Positions 54,060-64,000 of a stretch of DNA of 64,000 bases are shown one piece after another. The notes beneath the pieces were generated by a model, which did no database searches, was not told where the DNA came from, and saw nothing but the letters and a program-made list of their open reading frames with translations. The first letter of the stretch is position 1, and the number at the start of each line of letters is the position of its first letter. A program made the translations under genes and the position numbers. Origin of the DNA: Eledone cirrhosa (lineage: Eukaryota); the NCBI GenBank assembly GCA_964016885.1, contig CAXHJY010000028.1:1-64000 (forward strand), given 5' to 3'.

Positions 54060-55223
54060 CTTAGAAGCAGGGACTAGAAATAAAGGGTCTCAAAGACAAC
54101 CTGACAAAGACTAAGGTCCTTGTAAGTAGATGAGAAAACAGAATCCAGATCCCCTCAGGGAAATGGCCTTGCTCAGTATGTAGGAAAGGTGTAGGTAGGA
54201 ACTCCATTCTCTGCCCCAAATGCAAACAATGGGTACACAAGAGATGTAGCAGGATCTCAGGAAGCTTAACTAAGAATGTAGGCTTCACATGTAGCAGCTG
54301 TGCTGGGACAGCAAGCAGCAAACAGCCACAGGAAACAAGTACCACCAAACTCTGGGAGGGCTCTGTAGAAACAGTAGACAGCTTCTGCTACTTAGGTGAC
54401 CGAATTAGCAGCGGAGGTGGGTGTTCGGAAAGTACAATAACTAGGGTAAGAATGGGATGGAAGAAGTTCAGGGAGCTACTGCCACTGCTAGCTGCAAAAG
54501 GCATCTCCCTTAAAAAGGAAAGGCAGAGTGTAATGATGCATATATACATGGATGCGTGTATACATGGTAGTGAGACCTGGGCGCTGTCTGTGGAAGACTT
54601 GTGTAGATTAGAAAGAAACAAAGCCTGCATGCTCCGATGGATGTGTAACAGTAATATACGTGAACGGCAAAGCGTAAATGAATTGAGAGAGAGACTGAGA
54701 ATAAGAGGAATCAAATGCTGTGTGCAGGAGAGGTGGTTGCGTTGGTATGGACATGTGATGCGTATGAAGGATGACAGCTGCATAAAAAGGTGCAGAGCAA
54801 TAGAAGTCGATGGAAACCACAGAGTGGGGAGACCCAAGAAGACCTGGGATGAGGTGATAAAAGCCGACCTTACCCAATTACACCTCTCAAAGGCGATGAC
54901 ACATGACCGTGACCTCTGGCGTCGTGCAGTAATACAGAAGACCCGACCCCCCACGGGTACAAGCCAAGGCTGAAGCATATAGACAATATCCCCCCCCCCC
55001 CCCCACACACACACACACACTGCAAAGTGGTCGTGGAGGTGACATAGCAAAAAAGCACCCAGCACACACTGTAAAGTGGACGTGTAGGCGCCACAGAAAA
55101 AAGCACCCAGCACTCACTGTAAATGAGGTTGGTGTTAGGAAGGGCATCCAGCTGTAGAAATCAAGCCAGAATCAGTTCCCGTCCCACCCTTGCAAGCAGG
55201 GAAAAGTGGACGTAAAATGATGA
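54060..55223 (+). mobile_element. RTE LINE 3' portion with 3'UTR and (ATG)n tail
   Basis: KGLKDNLTKTK...FCYLGD...GWKKFRELLPLL...LRWYGHVMR...GRPKKTW, followed by the ggtgttaggaagggcatccagctgtagaaa tail shared with SINEs. Confidence 0.9.
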
Positions 55224-56106
55224 TTTCATCATCATTGTTTAACGTCCATCTTCCATGCTACCATAGGTAGGCTGGGCTGTCCCTTTTTTGAGGGATCAGG
55301 TCAGAGGACCATGATTCGCTCATACAGAACTGATTTTGGCTTGGTTTCTACAGCTGCATACCCTTCCTAACACCTATATATATATATATAGCAGGTAAAG
55401 CAGACGTTAAAATGATGATGAGGATGATATATCATCATCATCATTTAGCGTCCATTTTTCCATGTTTGCGTGAATTAGAAGGGTTGTCCATGCTGAGAGG
55501 CAAGTCTGACCAGAGTTGGCCATGTCACACCTTGCTCCAGTGAGAACTATAAATTTAACCAGGTATTTTACAGCTGTAATACACATATATATACAAATAC
55601 ATGCAATGATCTATTGGTACTTAAACCTTTTGACACTGATTGTTATCTGAATATACATTGACAATAAATCTAGGTGTATCTGTGGTCTATTAACTTATAC
55701 TTTTTAAAATCTATCTGATTTCTATTCAACAATTTGTCTACCGAGTAGATGTGTCATCTTTGGGTGTAGCAACCATATAGAGGTAATTGCTATTGAAATG
55801 CAAGAAAAAGTATATATTTCTCTCCCTCTCCTACATTTTCATATTCTTACATTCACACATATACATGTATATTCTCATATACATATATATATATATGTGT
55901 GAGTCCCAGGTTCAATCAGGGGTAACCACAGTAAGTAAAGTTCTCAATACATTAGTAGAGTGTATACAATAAAATTTAATATACAGAAATGGCTTCTACA
56001 GGACTAGAGCTGTTTCATTCGAAAGAAATCATCAGGACTTTCGTGATGATTTTTTGTGAATGAAACCATTCTATTCTTGTAGAAGCCATTTCTGTATAAA
56101 ATGTTG

Positions 56107-56144
<38 letters not shown>

Positions 56145-56147
<3 letters not shown>

Positions 56148-56800
56148 AGAGTATTGAAGTTTGCTTGAAGCATTGTGGAATAATAACTGTCCGATGCGCC
56201 ATACGAACTGTAGCTTACGCACATACGTTGTATACAAGGTAGAATGTGACAAGTGCATCCACTACTATATCGGTAGCACAATCCGGCCACTACATATCCG
56301 GATCAAGGAACACATCAACACCAGGGCCTCGTCTTTCCGGAAACATTTAACCAAATGCGGAAACAAAGATGGAAGACCCATTGTCACAGTGCTAGCGACA
56401 GAACGCAACGTTACGCAACATTACGAATCAAGGAAGCACTTTGGATCAAATGCCTAGGACCACAAATAAATAACTGATCCGAGAGAAGTGAGATGAGGTG
56501 GTTGGTGTAAACAAATAAGACAACAACACACGCACACACACACACAGTGGCATTCAAATGATTGTTATTGTGTGTTTAGCGCCCCCACCGACCAACAAGC
56601 GACCAGACAGACTACTACACTGCTAGTACCAAAGACCAGTACATATAGGTAGTACAATGGATTGACAGCTAACGCCATCTCCCACAATAAAAAGGAGCTG
56701 CGTTGACCTTTGCTTGACCGCACCTATTCTGTGCACACATGCGCTCTACAGAATACCTCAGCGGACAACAGAGGCCACGTACTGTTCCTCTCCAACAGAT
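56145..56800 (+). mobile_element. Penelope-like element 3' fragment with GIY-YIG endonuclease remnant
   Basis: VVYKVECDKCIHYYIGSTIRPLHIRIKEH, then a frameshift to RIKEALWIKCLGPQIN. Starts directly after a (TA)n tract. Confidence 0.88.
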
Positions 56801-58786
56801 AACTAAATTTCATTGGTAGACTATTGGTTAAACCAGGGCTTTTATAGAAGACATTGACTTGTCGAAGGTGCCATGCCATAGGATCAAACCTAGAACCACT
56901 GTTTGTGTAGCAAACTTCTAAAGTACACAACCATGCCTGTGCTTATATATAAATTGATTAGTAAAATCCATGCCAAAAACAGTTGAGAGAACTCTTCACT
57001 GTATCAAGGACACAACAATTGTTGAAATATCAAGAACACAACAGCAGTGTTGGTGATATGAGAAAACACACCCAGTACACTCTGTAAAGTTGTTGATGAT
57101 AGGAAGGGCATCCAGCCATAGAAAACTCATCAAACAAAGAGTGAAGAGGACTCTTCAGTTGAATCAAAGACATGATGACATCTCTAATGCAGGACATATA
57201 TCTGATTGGCTTACCTGAATGACAAGTGGCTCTGATTGAGTGCTGATTTTGTCTGTGACGACCCATCCAACCCTTGCCAGCACAGAAAGCAGATATTAAG
57301 TAATGAGGATGAGGAGGATATACAAAGACGAGTGAGGTATACAGGATGAAAAGCATTTCACAGAATAGAAAATTGTTAAAAGAAAGAAACACATGAAGTA
57401 TATATGCCATATACAATGGCTATTGGCCAAGAAACATCTCTTCTGTTTGACCAAAAATAAGATTTTAATCAACTTGTTGTTACTCTTGTTGTCTGTGTGA
57501 AAGAACATGGCTTAATATTTTGGATGTTCAGCTCACAATTGTAATATCTTGAGTTTGATTCCCAGTAGCCTGTTATGCTCTTGTGCAAGACACTTTATTT
57601 CATGTTGCTCCAGTCCACTCAATTGAAGAAAATGAGTTGAACCTGCATTTCAAAGGGTCAGTCTTGTCACACACTGTGTTACTTTAATCCTTTAGCATTT
57701 AAACCGGCTGTATCTGGCCAAGAATTCTCTCACCTCTTTCTGTTCAAACTGACTATACCGATGTTAAGGTATTGTTCTCAAAATAAATAATATCAAAATC
57801 TCATAGATTCGATATTATGTGAGATAATTATGTGAGGTAAAGTGTTTACCACAAAAATACAATAACAAATATAGAGTAATCATCATTCATCATTTTACGT
57901 CGTAAATGCTAAAGGGTTAAATCTCCTTGAGATGTATATTAAAAGTAGTCATGTCTGTGAAATGATCAACCACTACCATATTAACTTCACAAGCAGTCTG
58001 TTTGGTTGATCAAACTGGAACACTCATTGTCAAACCAACAAAGGTCTCTCTATATATATATATGAATATATAAAATGTTTATTTTATTACCATGCATCTT
58101 TTAACAGTCTATTATATTGCAAAACCAAAATGAATGAATTAGTGACAAAAGACTTTCTCATTGTTTGCCAGGTGGTATACCTCTGTTGTTATCCAATGAC
58201 TCAGATTTCTGTTGGGTTATTATTGTAAAGAAAATTGCAATGGTAATGGTGGTCATGTTGGTGACATGACAAAAAACAGCCAGTTCATCTTGTAAAGTAG
58301 TCAGGTTGGTGACATGACAAAAAGCATCCAGTTCACCTTGTAAAGTAGTCATGTTAGGGACATGACAAAAAGCATCCAGTCCATGCTGTAAATGTGGTTG
58401 GCATTAGAAAGGGCATCCAACCATAGAAGCCAAGCCCGAAACAGTTCTGTATGAGCTAGACAGGGTCATCTGATCTGACTTGTCTCATAACATAAAAAAC
58501 AACTTGTCTAACCCATGCTAGCATGGAAAATGAATGTTAAACGATGATGATGGTAGTGGTGATGATTTCTATATTTGTCAGTATAGATGGTGGTGTTGAA
58601 TTCTAAAATAGCAGTGCTAGGGGTGATAATATTTTCTAGGAAGGTGAAAGAAAGTTCTACTTAAATGTTTGTCTTACAACCACATGGTTTGGGTTTTATT
58701 TCATTGTTTGACACTTTGAGTAAAGTATCTTATACTATTCTCTCAACCATATTGTATTCTTTGTTGAACATGTTTCCATTCTAATC

Positions 58787-59238
58787 TTTGACCTGTTAGC
58801 ATTTACATTAGTCTATATTTACTATTGTATTTTCACAGTAAAGGCTTTACCTCACATAACATTTACATTACTCTATATTTACTATTGTATTTTCACAGTA
58901 AAGGCTTTACCTCACATAACATTTACATTAGTCTATATTTACTATTGTATTTTCACAGTAAAGGCTTTACCTCACATAACATTTACATTAGTCTATATTT
59001 ACTATTGTATTTTTACAGTAAAGGCTTTATCTCTCATAACATTTACATTACTCTATATATACTATTGTATTTTCACAGTAAAGGCTTTACCTCACATAAC
59101 ATTTACATTAGTCTATATTTACTATTGTATTTTCACAGTAAACACTTTATCTCACATAATATTGAATCTATGAGATTTTGATATTATCTATTTTGAGAAC
59201 AATACCTTAACATAGGTATGAGCAGCCTGTTATGGCCA
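58787..59238. mobile_element. piggyBac-type MITE with six internal 60-bp tandem copies
   Basis: Right terminus taaatgctaaagggTTAA; unit atttacattagtctatatttactattgtattttcacagtaaaggctttacctcacataac at 58801-59160. Confidence 0.88.
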
Positions 59239-59821
59239 GTTTAAATGCTAAAGGGTTAATATCATTTGTAATTGATTGGTAGGGTTTTGTATGGTAGTTT
59301 TTCGATTCAAAGCCACTTCTGGTGAGGACTTAATTGCAATTAAGTGCTGCTTCTTTGAAGATATTCTCTGCTATGGATTTCATTACTTGAACCAAATACC
59401 TCATTCATTTGAAAAGCTTGTACAGAGCGAAATACATGGTCATATGTAATGAATCCTATTTATCTTAATGTCACATATGAAAATATTATCATAAACATCT
59501 CATCTTGCCTTGAATCTTTTAATTGAAAGGCGCTTCTAATTTATATCTTGTTTTTCAAATATATATAGAACACATACACACACACACACACACACGCTCA
59601 TACAGACATAGGGTGGGTGGGTGTAGGTATGTATCTAGCTTAGAAGAGGTTCACCAAACTCCTGCATGTTGTAAAAACAGCTACAAGGATTGTGTGTGTG
59701 TGTGTGTATGTATATATATATATATATACATGTGTGTATATATATATCATCATCATCATCATCATCAACGTTTAACGTCCGTGTTCCACGCTTGCATGGG
59801 TTTATATATATATATATATAT

Positions 59822-59854
<33 letters not shown>

Positions 59855-60019
59855 TATATATACATATATATATACACATATATATTTACACACACACACA
59901 TAAAAATGTATATATCTATATACACATATATATTTACTATGGAGATATAAAAGATACAGAAGTAAAAACCAACCAATCAGTGAGTGTGTTCTGTTATTAT
60001 TTCTGGTATGACCCTCCCC

Positions 60020-60072
<53 letters not shown>

Positions 60073-60549
60073 AATATATACAAATATATTTACATACATA
60101 TATATATATATTTAGATTTATATATCATCATCATCATCATCATCATCATCACCGTTTTACGTCCGTTCTTCCACGCTAGCATGGGTTAGACGGGTTGTCC
60201 TGTTGTGGGCAGTGTCTGGTCGGCTGACTATGCCTTGCTCATACAGGAACTGATTTGGCTTGATTTCTACAGCTGGATGCCCTTCCTAACACCAACCTCA
60301 TTTACAGTGAGTGCTGGGTGCTTTTTTGTGGCGCCTACACGTCCACTTTACAGTGTGGGCTGGGTGCTTTTTTGCCGTGGCACCTCCACGACCACCTTGC
60401 GGTGGGGGGAGTGGGGGCATATTGTCTATATGCTTCAGCTTGTACCCATGGGAGGTCGGGTACTCTGTATTACTGCGTGGTTGGTGTTAGGAAGGGCATC
60501 CAGCTGTAACACATATATATTTACATATATGTATATATATATATATATA

Positions 60550-61325
60550 TTTAGTTTCTGAATTTGTTTAGCAAGATTCTTTATCTGAAATCGTGTGTTG
60601 AAACCGATATTGTTATACTTTGAGGGTCATGTTGCCAATAAGAAACACACTACCAACATGCTAAGATAGAACACAGGGGTAAATTAGAGAGCATAGAAAT
60701 AAAAATAGAATCCACACACAAGAAAGACGCAATGTTTAGGCAAATTACAGAGGCAGTAAGCATAAAAGAATTAAAACCAAAATTAAATAGAAAATATGAG
60801 TGGAACAGCAACATCACAACTTACAATTAAGGACAAAATGAAAACACACACACACATAGAACAAACAACTTACAATTGAAAACACACACAAAATGCAAAC
60901 ACACACAAGACAAAATGAAAACACACACACACATAGAACAAACAACCAACCAACAATAAATAAATAAATAAACAAACAAATAGAAAAATAGAAAAATGAA
61001 CACAAACACACACAGACACCCGGATGTGGCGCATGCGCAAACTGAGCACGCAACCCACACACAAACAAAATGGCGTAGGATAGAAGAAAGGAAAGGCACA
61101 GAAACGAAGAAAGAAATCCCCAGTCACTGAAGAGGTCACAGAGTGTGTGACGAAAGAACTATGACTATATATATATAAACAACTATCTGGTTGTGGAACC
61201 AACCAACCAACCAGAAATTTATAAATTTGTAAATTTATAAATATATAATAAATTAAATTGAAGTGAAAGCAACTGGTGCGTGTGTTTCTTATTGGCAACA
61301 TGACCCTCCCAAAGTATAACAATAT
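60550..61325 (+). mobile_element. Penelope-like element 3' end with inverted terminal segments and a hammerhead
   Basis: GIY-YIG C-terminal remnant DAMFRQITEAVSIKELKPKLNRKYEW (about 60726-60805). Segment 60608-60650 is inverted at about 61280-61325. Flanked by (TA)n. Same family ends at 18273-18325, 28270-28380, 43645-43770 and 59965-60020. Confidence 0.75.
61122..61166 (+). ncRNA. Minimal type I hammerhead ribozyme
   Basis: AGUCA-CUGAAGA-g-GUCACA gagug UGUGAC-GAAA-gaac-UA^UGACU: perfect 5-bp stem I, 6-bp stem II and a 1-bp stem III with tetraloop. Confidence 0.8.
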
Positions 61326-61939
61326 ATATATTTACATATATACATATATATATATTTTCATATATGTATATATATATATTTACATATATATATATATATA
61401 TATAGAATTCACAAGAATCAAAGCTATGTTCAAAATGCTTTAAATGCTTTGAACATAGCTTTGATTCTTGTGAATTCTATAGAACTGCTCTGTAAAACAA
61501 CTGATGTTCTTAGATTGAGCTATTTATCTTACTGGTAATAAGGTAGTAATAAATTACTGACCTTCCCTGTTTATAGTTTAAAATATACATAACTATAAAT
61601 AGTATCCTTAATATTATATATATATATGGAAATATATATGTGTATATTTATATATCTATATCCAAAATTAAGATAAATCAAAGTGAATTTAATCTAAATC
61701 AATTTCTAGTTGTTGTGTATATTTATATATATATATATATCATCATCATCATCGTTTAACGTCTATCTTCCACGCTAGCATGGGTTTAGACCGGAATTGT
61801 CCCACGTGAGGCAAGATTGGTTGTCTTGCTCATATAGGACTGTCTGGCGGGTTTTTTACAGCTGGATGCCCTTCCTAACACCAACCACGTTTACAGTGTG
61901 GACTGGGAGGTTTTTACAGTGATGATGATATATATCATC

Positions 61940-63845
61940 ATCATCATTTTACGCAAGCTCTTCCCTGCTTTCAAGGGTGGGGTGGGTCTTATTCAGCACA
62001 GCATCTCTCCACTTGTCACAGTCCTTCATCATCTCCACCATGAGCTTCAGCAATCTGAGGTCTGTTCTCACCACTTCCTTCCATGTTTTTCGTGGTCTAC
62101 CTCTACCACGCCTTCCTTCAACTGGCATTTCCTGACACTTCTTCACCAATCGGTCATCCTCCATGCGCATCACATGTCCATATGACCTCAGTCTCCTCTC
62201 TCGCATACTACATTCTATCCCTCTCAGACACAGTTTCTCTCTCAACACATTCATGTTGGGTCATTCACGCATATTGACACTGCACATCCAATGGAGCATG
62301 CTTGCCTCTTTTCTCTCCAGCCGTCGCATATCCTCTGCAGTTGCTGCCCATGTCTCACTACCATGCAGCATCGCGCTCCTCACACAGGCATCATATAACC
62401 GGCCTTTCGTACGCAGGGAGAAACCCTTCTTTGTCAGCAGAGGAAGCAGCTCCCTAAACTTCTTCCAACCTGTCCTTATTCTAGATACTATGGCCTCGGA
62501 ACACCCCCCTCCCATGCTAATCTGATCTCCTAGCTACCGGAAGCTATCCACCATTTCTATAGCACCCACCTGCATTTGAAAAATGTGTCTATCAATGCGA
62601 CTTCTACTGTCTAATTTCCCTGTACATCTATTGCATACGTATTTCTCCCTACCTGTTAGTTTGCCTGCTATCCCACTACATCTCTTGTGTACCCAGGATC
62701 TGCAATTTATGCCAGTTCCTTTTCTGTATATCGAACATGGCCATTTCCCTGACGGAATCAGAGTTTTGTCCTCTTTTCTACTCATCAACATTTTTGTCTT
62801 AGCTAGGTTCACTCTCAGTCCTCTTGCTTCCAATTGCTGTTTCCATAGCCAGAATTTATTTTCTAGCTCCTCTACTGATTCTGCTATAAGAACCAGATCG
62901 TCAGCATAGAGAAGTTCCCATGGACAACCAGTCTTAAACGCCTCTGTTATGGCTTGGGGGACTATAATGAGCAAGAGCGGGCTGAGGAACGAACCTTGAT
63001 GTACTCCTACTTGTATCTGGAATTCCTCACTAAACTCCATTCCTACCCTGACTTTACTGACAGTACCTCTGTACAAAGTTTGCACTGTCCTCACAAGCCA
63101 TTCCTCAACACCTAGTTTCCTTAGGGACCACCAGATGACAGATCGGGGTACCCTATCAAAGGCCTTCTCTAGGTCAACAAAGGCTAAGTATAGTGGCTTA
63201 TTTTTCTCTAAGAACCTCTCTTGTAATTGTCTCACCAAGAAGAGAGCATCTGTTGTACTCTTCCCAGGCACAAAACCAAACTGCATCTCATCTAATTTGA
63301 CCCTTTCTCTAATTAGTTGTGCTAATATCCTTTCTGCCACTTTCATAACCTGATCCATCAGTTTTATGCCCCTATAATTGCTCCTCTCCAGAGCATTCCC
63401 TTTATCTTTGTAGTAATTTATGAGAATACTGCTGCACGAGTCTTTGGGTATGACACCACCATATATAGCCTGATTGATGATGCGTGCAGCCAGTTTAGTG
63501 CCTACATCCCCTGATGCCTTCAGCATCTCAGCAACTATTCCCGATGGTCCGGCAGCCTTACCATTTTTCATTTCCCTAATCGCCCCTTGGACCCTATATT
63601 CGTCAATCTCAATAGCTGGTCCCTCTGTCGGATCTACCAAGGGTAATTTCTCTCTCTCCCATTTGTTCTCCACATTCATCAGTCTCTCATAATTACATTT
63701 CCTGGCCTCCTTTTTCTGATCATTCGTGACACTAAGTACACCGACATCACTTCAGACACATTTATCTCCAACAACATCCTGATTTGTATTGACACACTGC
63801 CTTGCACGTCTCTGATCTTCCCATCGCAGGACATTAGCAAACCTC
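61940..63845 (-). mobile_element. RTE-clade non-LTR retrotransposon, degraded ORF with RT domain
   Basis: NYRGIKL, QFGF, AFVDLEKAFDRV, GVHQGS.LSP, LLYADDLVL and C-terminal GRGRPRKTW motifs; (ATG)n-type tail at about 61935-61950. Confidence 0.93.
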
Positions 63846-63846
63846 C

Positions 63847-63895
<49 letters not shown>

Positions 63896-63901
<6 letters not shown>

Positions 63902-64000
63902 ACGTGATGCGCATGAAAGGCGACAGCTGTATAAAAAAGTGCAGGGCGCTAAAAATAGATAGTAGCCATGGAGTAGGCAGACCCAGAAAAACCCGGGACG
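63896..64000 (+). mobile_element. RTE LINE fragment running off the window edge
   Basis: VMRMKGDSCIKKCRALKIDSSHGVGRPRKTRD, same family as 44127-44340. Confidence 0.8.

Overview
AT-rich, microsatellite-dense eukaryotic (animal) genomic DNA; the SINE and LINE complement suggests an octopod cephalopod (inference). The window is almost entirely intron of a + strand gene for CAPS/CADPS (UNC-31, calcium-dependent secretion activator). Two clear coding exons (37684-37840, 44621-44762) splice in frame, and a candidate 24-nt microexon lies at 20972-20995. The introns hold tRNA-derived SINEs (Nin/Deu-domain-like and CORE-like with RTE tails), RTE LINE fragments, a near-intact Buster-type hAT transposon with TIRs and an 8-bp TSD, piggyBac- and Tc1/mariner-type MITEs, and several minisatellites amplified from inside transposons. 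The most striking hidden layer is a dense set of short elements embedded in (TA)n tracts. They form long fold-back palindromes of variable length, carry minimal type I hammerhead ribozyme motifs, and in two places link to Penelope-like GIY-YIG endonuclease remnants. Most ORFs in the supplied track are microsatellite or minisatellite artefacts. Repeat boundaries are approximate and family names come from recall, not database searches.
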